Of a stretch of 64,000 nucleotides of DNA, positions 1-12,935 are shown piece by piece. The notes beneath the pieces are model-generated. The model was not told where the DNA came from. It ran no database searches and saw nothing but the letters and a program-made list of their open reading frames with translations. This DNA comes from Candidatus Eiseniibacteriota bacterium (GTDB lineage: Bacteria > Eisenbacteria > RBG-16-71-46 > CAZEPH01). A program made the translations under genes and the position numbers. Numbering within the stretch: position 1 is the first letter of the stretch; each line of letters starts with the position of its first letter. Where the stretch lies: positions 1 to 64,000 of the forward strand of contig JBGATO010000010.1 in assembly GCA_044229145.1 (NCBI GenBank). Direction: 5' to 3'.

Positions 1-101
1 GACGATCGGGACCGAACGCCGCGGGGTCCGCGCGTCCGGCGAGGTATCCCGGCATTCTAGCCCCTCGCCGTCCAGAACGCACCCCTTGCCGGGGGCCGCG
101 G

Positions 102-959
102 TCAGTCCACTCGCGGGCGGGAGGCCGCGGTTTCCAACGCGGCGGCGAATCGCACATTGGCCCGATGACCGGTGCGTTCGGCCCGGATGCGGGCGCACAG
201 GGGCCGACCGAGCAACGCGAGGTCGCCCAATAGGTCGAGAATCTTGTGGCGCACGGCTTCGTCAGGGAACCGCCAGGCCTGCGGCGGGAGCGGACCGTCA
301 GGGCCGACCACGACGGCGTTTTCGAGCGAGCCCCCCTGCGCGAGGCCGTTCTCCCGCAGCCACGCCACCTCGTCGAGGGTCACGAAGGTCCGGGCCGGCG
401 CGATGTCGGAGACGAACGCCTGCGGCGAAAGCGAAAACTCCGCGCGCTGTCGTCCGAGATGCGGATGCGGATGGTCGAAGAGGTAGTCGACCGTCAACTG
501 CTCGGCGGGTTCAGCGTGGAACCTCGCGTGTCCGTCCTCGAAGGAGAACGCCGCCTGGAGCCGGAGTGCATCCGGAGCCGCGGCCGCCTGGACGACGCCC
601 GTCTCGGCAACCTGCCCGGCGAGGAAGGCCGCGCTGCCGTCTCCCGCGTCCGGGACTTCGGGGCCATCGAGCACAACTCGCGCCGCCGTGACGCCGAATG
701 CCGCGAGCACCGCCAAGACGTGCTCGACGGTTGCCACCCGCACGCCGCCGGCTTCGAGAACGGTGTGTCGTCCCTCGGTCGCGGCGAGCGCGGCCGTCAC
801 GGTCGCTGGCACTTCAGGATGTCCCGGCAGATCGGCGCGCACGAACACCACGTCGCGCGGCGCCGGCTCGATCGCGGCGCGTACCTGCGCTCCGCAGTGA
901 AGTCCGACACCGTCCCAGCGGATCGCGCGGGCAAGCGTGCGGCCCGGCGCCACGCTCAC
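102..959 (-). CDS. lpxC: UDP-3-O-acyl-N-acetylglucosamine deacetylase (stand-alone, not fused to FabZ)
   Basis: [30 protein letters not shown] and [11 protein letters not shown]n-binding motifs; GTG start overlaps the lpxD stop (GTGA). Confidence 0.93.
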   Translation of the reverse strand: MSVAPGRTLARAIRWDGVGLHCGAQVRAAIEPAPRDVVFVRADLPGHPEVPATVTAALAATEGRHTVLEAGGVRVATVEHVLAVLAAFGVTAARVVLDGPEVPDAGDGSAAFLAGQVAETGVVQAAAAPDALRLQAAFSFEDGHARFHAEPAEQLTVDYLFDHPHPHLGRQRAEFSLSPQAFVSDIAPARTFVTLDEVAWLRENGLAQGGSLENAVVVGPDGPLPPQAWRFPDEAVRHKILDLLGDLALLGRPLCARIRAERTGHRANVRFAAALETAASRPRVD

Positions 960-2032
960 GAGGTGCCGTCCTCGCGCGGCCGGGCACCGAGCGCCGTTTC
1001 GACGGCGCGCACGCGGGCCAAGAGCTCCGGCAGCCGCTTGCGCACTGCGTAGACGCGCCGCGCGTGCGCATGCGACAGCGCCGGGTAGCCCGAGACGATG
1101 TCGCCGGGCGGGATATCGCCTGTGATGCCGGCTTGCGCCGCAGCGACTGCGCCGCGGCCCACTCGCAGGTGATCCGCCACCCCAACTTGGCCCGCGAGGG
1201 TGACGTCGTCCTCCAAGACCGAGCTCCCCGCGACACCCGCCTGGCCGGCGAGCAGACAGCGTTCGCCAATCTGCACGTTGTGCCCGATCTGCACCAAGTT
1301 GTCGATCTTGGTGCCTCGCCCGATGACCGTCGGACCGCTGGCGCCGCGGTCGATGCAGGTGTTGGCGCCGATCTCCACGTCGTCCGCGATGCACAGCACG
1401 CCCATCTGGGGCAGCTTGCGGTGCGCCTCGCCGTCGCGCACGAAGCCGAATCCTTCGGAGCCCAACACCGCGCCCGGATGAACGACGACGCGCGATCCGA
1501 GACGCACGTCGCGCTGCACGACGACACGCGCGCCGAGCCGGCACTCGGTCCCCACCTGCACGCCGTCTTCGAGGACACAGGCCGGCCCGATGACGCAACC
1601 GGCTCCAATCGTCACGACATCCCCCAGCACCGCGTAGGCACCGATGCTCACCGCCTCGCCAAGCTGTACGCCGCGTCCGAGGATTGCCGTGGGATGGATG
1701 CCGGGGCGTGCCACGCGATCGAGTCCGAGCAACGTCGCCGCGCGCGCGAAGGCCACCGCGGGCGCGTCGACGGCGATGAGCGTGGCGCCCGTCTCAGAGC
1801 GCGCATCGTCCGGAGCCTGGCGCGGCACGAACACGATGCCCGCGCGAGTGGCGCGAAACGCCCTCTCGCCACGCGGCCCCTGCCAAAACGACGCATCGCG
1901 AGACTCGGCTTCCGCGAGCCCCGCGAGACCGTCCACGCGGCGTGTTGCGTCGCCCCGGAGTTCGCCCCCCAACGCGGCAGCCAGCTCGCTCGCCGTGCGG
2001 GCGTCTCCGTATCGGCGCCAGAGTTCGCTCAC
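956..2032 (-). CDS. lpxD: UDP-3-O-(3-hydroxyacyl)glucosamine N-acyltransferase
   Basis: Hexapeptide repeats; [33 protein letters not shown] start overlaps the skp stop. Confidence 0.95.
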   Translation of the reverse strand: MSELWRRYGDARTASELAAALGGELRGDATRRVDGLAGLAEAESRDASFWQGPRGERAFRATRAGIVFVPRQAPDDARSETGATLIAVDAPAVAFARAATLLGLDRVARPGIHPTAILGRGVQLGEAVSIGAYAVLGDVVTIGAGCVIGPACVLEDGVQVGTECRLGARVVVQRDVRLGSRVVVHPGAVLGSEGFGFVRDGEAHRKLPQMGVLCIADDVEIGANTCIDRGASGPTVIGRGTKIDNLVQIGHNVQIGERCLLAGQAGVAGSSVLEDDVTLAGQVGVADHLRVGRGAVAAAQAGITGDIPPGDIVSGYPALSHAHARRVYAVRKRLPELLARVRAVETALGARPREDGTS

Positions 2033-2586
2033 GGAGCGCTTTGCTCCCGCAGCTTCTCCACCACGACGTCGGTGATGTCGTAATTCCGGTTCGCGTACAC
2101 GACGTTGCCCTGCGCGGTGTCGAGGATCAGCGTGTAGCCTTGCTCCTTGGCGATGCGTTCGACGATCTCGCGCATCCGCCGCACCACCGGTTCCGAGAGC
2201 TCGGCATTGCGCTGCACCACCTTGCCTTTCGGGCCCCAGATATCGCGCACGAACTGCTCGTACTCCGCCTGCTTCTTGTTCAACTCCGACTGCTTCTCCT
2301 CGATCTTCGCGGTACTCAGCATGCGACTTTGCTGATCGAGCTGGGTGCGCAGATCGTCGAGTTCGCGCTTCTTGTCGGCGGCGTCCTTGGTCCATCCTTC
2401 GAGATCGCGATCGAAGGTCTTCTGCGCCTCGAACGTCTCCGGGAACGCCTGGAAGATGCGCTCGCTGTTGAGCACCGCGATCTTGATCTCCTGCGCGCGC
2501 GTGGCGGCCGGCCACGCCAGGACGACGGCACAGACCAGCGCGCAGGTCCACGCGGCGCGCCGCGCGAGTTCGATCCGAGTGGTCAT
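2029..2586 (-). CDS. skp: OmpH/Skp periplasmic chaperone
   Basis: Signal peptide, [11 protein letters not shown]-terminus, coiled coil, GYTLILD...YDITDVVV C-terminus; lies between bamA and lpxD. Confidence 0.92.
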   Translation of the reverse strand: MTTRIELARRAAWTCALVCAVVLAWPAATRAQEIKIAVLNSERIFQAFPETFEAQKTFDRDLEGWTKDAADKKRELDDLRTQLDQQSRMLSTAKIEEKQSELNKKQAEYEQFVRDIWGPKGKVVQRNAELSEPVVRRMREIVERIAKEQGYTLILDTAQGNVVYANRNYDITDVVVEKLREQSAP

Positions 2587-2595
2587 GTCCGCCCC

Positions 2596-5016
2596 CTAGA
2601 ATCCACTGCCGACGATGAAGTGCGCGATCCACTTCGGCGTGCGCGGCCCGGCGCCATCACGACGCGCGAACCCATACGCGTAGTCGAAGCCGACTGGACC
2701 GAGGCTCGGAATCTCGAGCCGCACGCCCGGGCCGGCGCCGACGTACAACCCGTTGGTGCTGATGTCATGCGCACTGTTCCACGTCCCGCCGATGTCGGTA
2801 AACAGCACGCCGTGCACGACGCCCGCGATCGGGAACTGGTATTCCGTGGTCAGTACGATCGCCGTCTTGCCGCCCTTGTAGAGGGAATTCCCTGCCGGCA
2901 CGATCGAGTTCTCGTCGTAGCCGCGCAGCGGATTGACGTTGGTGCCTCCCAGCCGGATGTACTCGTAGTCGGGGATCTTCTCCTTGGTGCCGTCGATCGC
3001 CCCATGCACGAACGACATGCGCGCCTTGAGCATCACCGCACCCAGCCCCGGCGTGTTGAACCACCGCCGTGCGTCGAGCACCTCCTTGTGATACGCGTAG
3101 TATCCGCCCAGAGGCCCGCCGGCGATGTTCTCGGAGAACGTCACCTTCGAGCCTGTGGTCGGATAGAACGGATTGTTGGTGGAGTTGCGGACGAACGACA
3201 GCGACGCGCTGGTCACCGTCAGGGGGTAGTGCAGGCTGTCGCGCAAGGACACCAGGTAGCCGGTGGTATCGTTGGCCACCGACGTCGAATCGAAATTGCT
3301 GCGCCGGACGTTCTCGGTTCGCAGGTTGAAGAAGCCTCGCGTGTAGTCGATCTTCGGGATCGGCCGGCCGACTTGCACGCCGAGGCCTTGGATGGTTTCG
3401 AGGTACGGGAAGTTGAGGCGTTGCACCGTCGAGTACGACGCGTCGAATCCGAGCACCGTCGGGGTGTCCCTGAACCACGGCTCGGTGAACGACAGCGAGT
3501 AGTCCTTGCGCGTGCCGTTGCGACCGCCGCGCTCCAAGTGCAGGCTGACGTTTTGCCCGTTGCCGAGGAAGTTCGGCAGCCCGAGCTGCACGAAGCCGGT
3601 GAGGCCGACATCGTTCGAATAGCCGGCCCCGGCGCTCGCGGTGCCGGTGGTCTTCTCCTTCACGTTGTAGACCAAGTCGATGTCGTTGGAGCCCGGCACC
3701 GGGTGGTAGTCCACCTGCACGTCCTCGAAGAATCCGAGCTGGAAGGCTTCACGCTGGCTGCGCATCACCACCGAGCGGCGGAACACGTCGCCGGGACGCG
3801 ACATCAACTCCCGGCGCACCACCTTGTCCTTCGTGCGCGTGTTGCCGGTGATCAACACCTTCCGGATGCGCGACGGCTTGCCCTCGTCTACCGCGAACGT
3901 CAACGCCAGCCGCGAGGAATCGCGGCTGGCGCTGTCGGCCGGCGCGAGGCGCGGGTCGACATTGAGATAGAGGTAGCCATTCTCCTGGTACGTTTCGTAC
4001 ACCGACTGGAGCGACTTCTTGACTGCACCGTCGTTGTACGCATCGCCCGCCTTGAGCGCCAGCTGCGAGCGCAGCATGCCCTCCGACAGGGACTTCACGC
4101 CGTCGAAGTCGATCGACTGGAAGCTGTACTTCTTGCCTTCCTGGATCGGAATCGTGATGGCCACCAGCGACGTGTCCGCGGAGTACGCGATGCGGAAGTC
4201 GCCCACCACGGCGTCCCGATAGCCGTGATCATGATAGTAGGCGGCGATCTTCTCGATGTCCTTCTTCAGGACGTCTTCCTTGAATTCGCCGCCGGTCCGC
4301 TTGGTCTTCATCTGCTTGTACAGAATGTCGGCGGCGACCGTCTGATTGCCTTCAAACGTCACCGAGCTGACGCGGACCTTCGACCCTTCGATCACGTCGA
4401 ACACCACGCGGGTGCCGCCGGGACCATCGACCGTGGTCGGCTTGACGCGCGTCACGGCGTAGCCGTCGCCGCGATACTTGGCGCGGATCGAATCCACCGC
4501 GGCCGCGATGCCGTCCGGTCCGAGCAATTGCCCGACGCTGATCCCAAGCTTTTTGTCGAAGTCGCGACTCTCGAAGTGGCTGAGGCCGGTGAATTCGATC
4601 GCCGCGATGCGCGGACGTTCCACGACCGCAAGCGTGAGCGTGAGCGCCGAGTCCGATTTCTTCGCGGTGAGGGCGATGTCCGAGAAGAGATTCGACGCCC
4701 ACAGGGCGCGCAGGCCGGCGCGAATCCGGTCGCCGCTGACCGCGACCGGCGGACGCAGCCCAAACGTACTCAACACGACCGAGCGGTCCACGGCACGCAG
4801 GCCCGTCACCTCGATTGCGGTGACGGTGTCCGGAGCCGCCGCGCCCGCTTGGGCGCGAGCCGTGGCGGCAAATCCGAGGAGTGCGGGGAACAACACGAGG
4901 GCGATGCGCGGCACGCGCATCGCCGCGGCTCGCGGGACGGCGCGCGCCGCGCCGCGCATCTCGCTGAGATGCGTGCGCCGACGCCCGCCCCGGAGTCCGG
5001 GAGCAAGGTCAGACAT
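2596..5016 (-). CDS. bamA: Outer membrane protein assembly factor
   Basis: Five POTRA-like repeats ([14 protein letters not shown] in the fifth), barrel with LRGY motif, terminal Phe; AGGAGG SD upstream of the ATG. Confidence 0.95.
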   Translation of the reverse strand: MSDLAPGLRGGRRRTHLSEMRGAARAVPRAAAMRVPRIALVLFPALLGFAATARAQAGAAAPDTVTAIEVTGLRAVDRSVVLSTFGLRPPVAVSGDRIRAGLRALWASNLFSDIALTAKKSDSALTLTLAVVERPRIAAIEFTGLSHFESRDFDKKLGISVGQLLGPDGIAAAVDSIRAKYRGDGYAVTRVKPTTVDGPGGTRVVFDVIEGSKVRVSSVTFEGNQTVAADILYKQMKTKRTGGEFKEDVLKKDIEKIAAYYHDHGYRDAVVGDFRIAYSADTSLVAITIPIQEGKKYSFQSIDFDGVKSLSEGMLRSQLALKAGDAYNDGAVKKSLQSVYETYQENGYLYLNVDPRLAPADSASRDSSRLALTFAVDEGKPSRIRKVLITGNTRTKDKVVRRELMSRPGDVFRRSVVMRSQREAFQLGFFEDVQVDYHPVPGSNDIDLVYNVKEKTTGTASAGAGYSNDVGLTGFVQLGLPNFLGNGQNVSLHLERGGRNGTRKDYSLSFTEPWFRDTPTVLGFDASYSTVQRLNFPYLETIQGLGVQVGRPIPKIDYTRGFFNLRTENVRRSNFDSTSVANDTTGYLVSLRDSLHYPLTVTSASLSFVRNSTNNPFYPTTGSKVTFSENIAGGPLGGYYAYHKEVLDARRWFNTPGLGAVMLKARMSFVHGAIDGTKEKIPDYEYIRLGGTNVNPLRGYDENSIVPAGNSLYKGGKTAIVLTTEYQFPIAGVVHGVLFTDIGGTWNSAHDISTNGLYVGAGPGVRLEIPSLGPVGFDYAYGFARRDGAGPRTPKWIAHFIVGSGF

Positions 5017-5066
5017 GTGCCTCCTGACGTGGATGGGTCCCGCGCCGTCCGCGCGAGGGCACGGCG

Positions 5067-5095
5067 TGAGACCCCAGGGATGACGTGACGGTTCC
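5067..5095 (-). promoter_or_regulatory. Candidate ECF/sigma-E-type promoter for bamA-skp-lpxD-lpxC
   Basis: GGAACC-N17-GTCTCA on the minus strand, 50 nt upstream of the bamA ATG; resembles the RpoE consensus. Confidence 0.45.
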
Positions 5096-5148
5096 CAAAC
5101 CTCCGACAGTCAGGGAACCGCCAGGTGGAGCGACCGCGCGAGGCGGTC

Positions 5149-7620
<2,472 letters not shown>

Positions 7621-7651
7621 CCCTGCCCCCTCCGCGCCGGTCGCGCCGTGC

Positions 7652-8791
7652 TTACGACGCCGCCGTCTGCTCGCCGGATGCCGCGGCCAGTCGTGCGCGG
7701 ACGAACGCCGCGCGCTCCCAGTCGCGCTCCGGGTGTTCCATCACGCGGCCCACCCGCTTCTGCAAGTGCGCGGGCTGCGCCACCACCAAGATCTCGTTCA
7801 GCGTGCGCACGTCCGGCAAGCCGGCCATCCCCACCGCGCGTCCGAAGCGGACGAACGAGAGGAGCGCAATGAGTTCCTCGCTGCGCATCTGGCGCGCGTG
7901 GGCCAAGGCCCCGTAGGCGCGCCACACCTTGTCCTCGAGCACCGCGCGCGCGTCGCGCATCAGCACCTCGCGCGCCCGCGCCTCGTACTCGAGCAACTGC
8001 GTCACTGCCTGCTCCAGCGTCGACAGGCTCTCCCGCTCGGTCTTGCCGAGGGTCGTCTGGTTCGACACCTGGAAGAAGTTGCCCATGACCTCGGAACCTT
8101 CGCCGTAGAAGCCGCGCACCGCGAGGCCGCGCTGTCCGAGCGTCGGCAGCAACCGCGCCATCTGCTTGGTAAGCACCAGCGCCGGCAGATGCACGAGGGC
8201 GGAGACCCGCAAGCCGGTCCCGACGTTGGTCGGGCACGACGTCAAGTAGCCGAGATCGTCGTTGAAGGCGTACTCCAGCACGCCATCGAGTTGATCGTCC
8301 AGGCTATCGGCCAAAGTCCACGCCTGTTCCAGCGCAAATCCGGCGACCAGCGACTGGATCCGGATGTGATCCTCTTCGTTGACCATCACCGACAGCGACT
8401 CGTCGGCGCTGATCAGGACGCCGCGCGTGCGGTTGGCCTCCGCGAGCTCCCGGCTTATGAGATGCCGCTCGAGCAGGAATTGGCGATCCACGGCTGCCAA
8501 ATCGCCGACATCGAGCGCCACGCCGTCCTGGAGCAGCGCGGTCTGGCGGGCCGCGGTGGTCACGCTGGTCATCACGAGATGGAGCTGATCGGCCCGCGCA
8601 CGGTAGCTGAAGGGCGAAGCTTGGAGGTTTCGCGCCAGGCGCACGCGGGTCGACAGGACGTGGTCGGCTTCGGGGCCCTCGCCTGTCAGCCACGCGCCCA
8701 GCGTGGTCGCCATCTGCGTGAGGGTCGCCGTGGCGCCGGAGGCCGCGTTGTCCGGCGTCTCGTGCGACGGCAGCGTCGGGTCAGGCGCCAT
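7652..8791 (-). CDS. mcsB: Protein-arginine kinase
   Basis: STRVRLARN, NEEDH, CPTNVGTG, RGFYGEGS and QVSNQTTLG motifs; between mcsA and clpC. Confidence 0.94.
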   Translation of the reverse strand: MAPDPTLPSHETPDNAASGATATLTQMATTLGAWLTGEGPEADHVLSTRVRLARNLQASPFSYRARADQLHLVMTSVTTAARQTALLQDGVALDVGDLAAVDRQFLLERHLISRELAEANRTRGVLISADESLSVMVNEEDHIRIQSLVAGFALEQAWTLADSLDDQLDGVLEYAFNDDLGYLTSCPTNVGTGLRVSALVHLPALVLTKQMARLLPTLGQRGLAVRGFYGEGSEVMGNFFQVSNQTTLGKTERESLSTLEQAVTQLLEYEARAREVLMRDARAVLEDKVWRAYGALAHARQMRSEELIALLSFVRFGRAVGMAGLPDVRTLNEILVVAQPAHLQKRVGRVMEHPERDWERAAFVRARLAAASGEQTAAS

Positions 8792-9311
8792 GCGCACGTC
8801 CTACGCGGGCATCCTGGCCGCTTTCGAGCGCCCGGATTTGATCGCGGAGCTCCGCCGCGTGTTCGTAGTCTTCCCGGCCGACGGCGCGCTCGAGTTCCTC
8901 GTGGAGGCGGAGGACCTGGCGCCGCAACGCCAGTCGCGGTTCGTCCTTCTTCGGAGCCTTGCCGATGTGGCGCGGCTCGCCGTGCAGGCGGCGCAGCAGC
9001 GGCGTCAAGGCGGTCGCGAACGCGCCGTAGCACTGCGCGCAGCCGAGATTGCCGGTCTCGCGGAAGGTCGAGAAGAACATGCCGCAGCCGGGACATTGCA
9101 TGTGGGAGAGCGCGTCGTCGTCGGTTGGCGTGGTGTCTTCCATGAGCTGCGCCACGAGGGTGGTCAGGGCGAGCGGTCCAGCGTGGAGTCCCTGCTGGAA
9201 ACCGCGGCGTTCGGCACACCGGCGGCACAGGTGCAGCTCGGTGACCGTGCTGTTGACGATCTCGGTGAGGTGCAGCTTCGCCAGGGCGTTACCGCAGTCC
9301 TCGCACTGCAT
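8781..9311 (-). CDS. mcsA: McsB activator (UvrB/UvrC-motif zinc protein)
   Basis: Four CxxC pairs (CEDC, CRRC, CPGC, CAQC), C-terminal EDYEHAAELRDQI UVR motif; GGAGG SD. Confidence 0.93.
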   Translation of the reverse strand: MQCEDCGNALAKLHLTEIVNSTVTELHLCRRCAERRGFQQGLHAGPLALTTLVAQLMEDTTPTDDDALSHMQCPGCGMFFSTFRETGNLGCAQCYGAFATALTPLLRRLHGEPRHIGKAPKKDEPRLALRRQVLRLHEELERAVGREDYEHAAELRDQIRALESGQDARVGRAHGA

Positions 9312-9392
9312 CGCATGCCTCCCTCTCGCCCGCGGCGGAAGGAGTTCTCCCGCGTTCCCCAGGACCATCCCGGGGTTCCCGGCGCGGCGCGG

Positions 9393-9401
9393 AGTCTAGC
9401 A
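9393..9401 (-). promoter_or_regulatory. Candidate extended -10 promoter for mcsA-mcsB-clpC
   Basis: TGCTAGACT in the lolD-mcsA gap; the same 9-mer occurs upstream of the 30107-30829 gene. Confidence 0.45.
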
Positions 9402-9485
9402 GATGCCTCCCCCTGCCGCGACTGGGGCGCGGGGTGCGGCGGCACCATCTGCCGCTCGCCGTTCGCTCCGTCGCCGCTTACGCGA

Positions 9486-10169
9486 TTAGATGCACTCCAG
9501 CGCGCCGCCTTGCAGACGGAAGCGCCGGTCCGCCCGCGCCGCGAATTCGGCGTCGTGGGTGGCCACCACGACTGCCACACCCTGCGCGCGTGCAAGCTCG
9601 AGCAGCAGGTCGTGGAGCTGGTGGGCGCGATCGCGGTCGAGATCGCCAGAGGGTTCATCGGCCAGCAGCAGCCGCGGCTGGGCAAAAAGTGCGCGCGCCA
9701 CCGCCACGCGTTGGCGCTCGCCCCCGGAAAGTTCGCCGGGGCGGTGGTGGGCGCGCTCGCTCAGTCCCACCAGCCGGAGCAGCTCCTCCGCCCGCTGCCG
9801 CACCTGTCGACCGTCTCGGCGCGCGATAAATGCGGGGAACTGCACGTTTTCGAGCGCGGTGAATTCCGGGAGTAGATGATGGAACTGGAAGACGAAGCCC
9901 ACAGTAGCGTTACGGACATTGGCTAATGTGGCATCGGAAAGCGACGCGGTGGGGGCTCCATCGATCCATACCTCGCCGGTGCTGGGGCGATCGAGCGTTC
10001 CCAGCAGGTGCAGGAGCGTCGACTTACCCGAGCCCGACGGACCGACGATGGCAACCGACTCGCCGGCGTGAACGGCGAGATCCACACGGCGCAGGACCTC
10101 GAGCGTTTCCTTGCCCGAGACGTAGGTCCGGCCGGCCCCGCGGGCCTCCACCACCGGCGGCGCGCTCAT
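9486..10169 (-). CDS. lolD: Lipoprotein-releasing ABC transporter ATPase
   Basis: GPSGSGKST, GFVFQFHHLLPEFTALENV, LSGGERQRVAVARAL; ATGA overlap with the permease. Confidence 0.92.
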   Translation of the reverse strand: MSAPPVVEARGAGRTYVSGKETLEVLRRVDLAVHAGESVAIVGPSGSGKSTLLHLLGTLDRPSTGEVWIDGAPTASLSDATLANVRNATVGFVFQFHHLLPEFTALENVQFPAFIARRDGRQVRQRAEELLRLVGLSERAHHRPGELSGGERQRVAVARALFAQPRLLLADEPSGDLDRDRAHQLHDLLLELARAQGVAVVVATHDAEFAARADRRFRLQGGALECI

Positions 10170-11386
10170 TCGGCCGTCCGGATGGCGTCGACCGGTACCA
10201 GACGCGACGCTTGCCAGGCCGGAGGCACCGTCGCCAGGACGCAGAGCACGAGTCCGGCCGCCGCAACGCACGCGACGTCCAGCGGTTCGACCCGCACCGG
10301 CAGGTGGTTGAGGAAGTACACGTCGCTCGGCAATCGGATGATGTCCCAGCGCTGCAATGCCCATGCGCCCGCCAGCCCGAGCACGGTGCCGCCCGCGGTG
10401 CCAATCACGCCGATCACCCCGCCCATCGCCAAGAAGGTCCGCAGGATCATCGCGCTGGTGCCACCCATCGTCCGCACGATGCCGATGTCGCGCCGCTTCT
10501 CGATCACCGCCATCGACAGCGAACTGGCGATGTTGAACGTGGCGACCAGGATGATCAACGACAGGATGCAGAACATCATCACCTTTTCGGTGCGCATCCA
10601 GACGTAGAGGTTTTTGTTCTGGTCGATCCAGTTGGCGCTGCGCAGGTCGCCACCGACGGCGCGGCGCAGACGTTCGGCTTCCTCGCGTGCGGCGTAGAGA
10701 TCCTGGATGCGCACGGCGATACCGCTCACACCGCTGCCGACGCCGAGGAATTCCTGCGCGGCGTGGAGGTCGAGAAAGCCGAGCGATGAATCGAACTCGT
10801 AGAGTCCCGTCGACACGACGCCTGCCACCGGCACGCTGAGCACGCGGGGCTCGACGCGACCCAAGAGCACTTCCTCCGGCGATGTCGGCGCGGTGAGGGT
10901 GACCGGATCGCCGACCTTCACGCCGAGTTGCGAGGCGAGCTCGGCGCCGAGCACGATGCCGCGCAGCGAGTCATGCACCGCCGGCGTGACCGATTGCAGC
11001 ACGCGCGTGACCCGCGGCTCGCGACGCACGTCGATCCCCTTGAGCGCGATCCCATCCACGGCGTACTCGCTCGCGATCATCGCCTTGCCGAACACGAACG
11101 GCGTGCTGGCGACGACGCCGGGTTGTCGTGCGACGCGCGCCATGATGCCGTCACTGTCCTCGAGCGTCAGCGCACTGAGCGGCGGCAGGAGGTACACGTG
11201 GGCATTGGTGCCGACGATCCGCGTTTCGAGTTCGCGCTGGAAGCCGTTCATCACCGCGAGCACGATGACCAGCGCGGCGACACCGATCGTCACGCCGGCC
11301 ACGCTCACCCACGTGAGGAAGCTGATCGCCGTTGCGTGGCGGCGCACCGCAAGGTAGCGGTACGCCAGCCGGATCTCGACGGGAAG
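10166..11386 (-). CDS. lolE: Lipoprotein-releasing ABC transporter permease LolC/E; start codon not resolvable
   Basis: LAYRYL N-terminus, GVAALVIVLAVMNGFQ, EKRRDIGIVRTMG, DVYFLNHLPV; no ATG/GTG at the expected start, so the lysS junction is probably mis-called. Confidence 0.85.
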   Translation of the reverse strand, partial: LPVEIRLAYRYLAVRRHATAISFLTWVSVAGVTIGVAALVIVLAVMNGFQRELETRIVGTNAHVYLLPPLSALTLEDSDGIMARVARQPGVVASTPFVFGKAMIASEYAVDGIALKGIDVRREPRVTRVLQSVTPAVHDSLRGIVLGAELASQLGVKVGDPVTLTAPTSPEEVLLGRVEPRVLSVPVAGVVSTGLYEFDSSLGFLDLHAAQEFLGVGSGVSGIAVRIQDLYAAREEAERLRRAVGGDLRSANWIDQNKNLYVWMRTEKVMMFCILSLIILVATFNIASSLSMAVIEKRRDIGIVRTMGGTSAMILRTFLAMGGVIGVIGTAGGTVLGLAGAWALQRWDIIRLPSDVYFLNHLPVRVEPLDVACVAAAGLVLCVLATVPPAWQASRLVPVDAIRTAE

Positions 11387-12935
11387 GCCCGCCGCGCGCG
11401 CGGTCCTGCGCAGGGTCGTCGGCCGCCCGCGCCTCGGCCTCGGCGGCTTCCAACTCGTCCGGCTCGTCGACGCGGCGCGGACGCAACTGCGGGAACAAGA
11501 TGACATCGCGGATCGACGGCGCGCCGGTCAGCAACATGACGAGCCGGTCCACGCCAACGCCGAGTCCCCCGGTCGGCGGCATGCCGAACTCGAGTGCGCG
11601 CAGGTAGTCATCGTCGCGCTGGTGCGCCTCCGCGCCGCCGGCGCGGCGCGATCTGCGCGTCGGTCGCCGCGGCCTGCGCGAGCGGGTCGTTCTGCTCGCT
11701 GAACGCGTTGCCCATCTCCGCGCCGGCAATAGAAGATCTCGAAGCGTTCGGTGAGTCGCGGATCGCGCCGATGCACCTTCGCGAGCGGCGAAATCTCGAC
11801 CCGGATGATCCATGACGAAGGTCGGCTGGACGATCGTCTCTTCGATGCGCGCTTCGAACACTTCGGCGATCACGTTGCCCCAGCTGGTGCCCGGCGTGAT
11901 GTCGACGCCCTGTGCCCGCGCGGCGGCGGCTAGTTCCTCGGCGCTCGCCTGCATCGCGTCGAGGCCGAGGTACTGCCCCACCGCCTCCGGCATCGGCATC
12001 TTCGTCCACGGCACGCCGAGGTCGATCGTGTGATCGCCCTTCTGCACGACGGTGCCGCCGGTGACCTCGCGCGCGACGCTGCGGAACATGTCCTCGGCGA
12101 GCGCCATCACGTCGTGATAATCGGCGTACGCCTGGTAGAGTTCGAGCATGGTGAACTCGGGATTGTGCGTCGAGTCCATGCCCTCGTTGCGGAAGTCCTT
12201 GGCAATTTCGTACACCTTCTCCATGCCGCCGACGATCAAACGCTTCAGATACAACTCGTCGGCAATGCGGAGGTACAGCGTCATGTCGAGTGTGTTGTGG
12301 TGGGTGACGAACGGCCGCGCCGCAGCGCCGCCGTAGAGCGGCTGCAGCGCCGGCGTCTCGACTTCGAGGAAGCCGCGCGCGTCGAGGAAGCCACGCAGCG
12401 CGCGCAACGTGTGGACGCGCTGCTGCGCGATGCGGCGTGCGTCGTCGTTCATCACGAGGTCGAGGTAGCGGTAGCGGCGGCGCAGTTCCGGATCGCCGAA
12501 TCCGTACCACTGGCCGGGCAGCGCGCGCAGCGACTTCGACAGCAGCGTGAGCGCGCGCACTTGCAGCGTGATCTCGCCCATCTTGGTGCGCATCATCGTG
12601 CCCTCGACGCCGACGTGATCGCCGAGGTCGAGCAAGTCGAGGAAGCGGCGGTAGGTCTCGTCGCCGACTTCGTTCAGGCGCAGGTAGATTTGCAGGCGGC
12701 CGGTCCAGTCGGAGACGTCGCCGAAGCTCGCCTTGCCGTGCGTGCGGCGCGCGGTGAGGCGGCCGGCGATACGCACCACCTCACCGGAGGCTTCGAGCTC
12801 GTCGAAGTCGGCCACCGCCTGCGCGGTGCGGTGCGTGACGTCGAAACTGTAGGCGCCCCACGGTCCGATGCCTTGTCCGGCGAGCGATTCCGCCTTCGCC
12901 AGACGATGACTGCGCACGTCGTCCACTGCTGTCAC
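11151..12935 (-). CDS. lysS: Lysyl-tRNA synthetase class II, with three local frameshifts at about 11640-11800 and an unresolved 3' end
   Basis: YRYLDL, GGAAARPFVTHHN, FRNEGMDSTHNPEF, GMPPTGGLGVGVDRL, RDVILFP; VEISPLAK..TERFE and EMGNAFSEQNDP are found in the other two frames. Confidence 0.9.
   Translation of the reverse strand: MTAVDDVRSHRLAKAESLAGQGIGPWGAYSFDVTHRTAQAVADFDELEASGEVVRIAGRLTARRTHGKASFGDVSDWTGRLQIYLRLNEVGDETYRRFLDLLDLGDHVGVEGTMMRTKMGEITLQVRALTLLSKSLRALPGQWYGFGDPELRRRYRYLDLVMNDDARRIAQQRVHTLRALRGFLDARGFLEVETPALQPLYGGAAARPFVTHHNTLDMTLYLRIADELYLKRLIVGGMEKVYEIAKDFRNEGMDSTHNPEFTMLELYQAYADYHDVMALAEDMFRSVAREVTGGTVVQKGDHTIDLGVPWTKMPMPEAVGQYLGLDAMQASAEELAAAARAQGVDITPGTSWGNVIAEVFEARIEETIVQPTFVMDHPGRDFAAREGASARSATHRTLRDLLLPARRWATRSASRTTRSRRPRRPTRRSRRAGGAEAHQRDDDYLRALEFGMPPTGGLGVGVDRLVMLLTGAPSIRDVILFPQLRPRRVDEPDELEAAEAEARAADDPAQDRARGGPSRRDPAGVPLPCGAPPRNGDQLPHVGERGRRDDRCRRAGHRARGDERLPARTRNADRRHQCPRVPPAAAQCADARGQ

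Noticed and set aside
11640..11805. Programmed ribosomal frameshifting in lysS, cca, rsfS or ecfT
   Set aside because: No slippery heptamers; the indels sit mostly in homopolymer or GC-dinucleotide runs and cluster, as expected of read errors.
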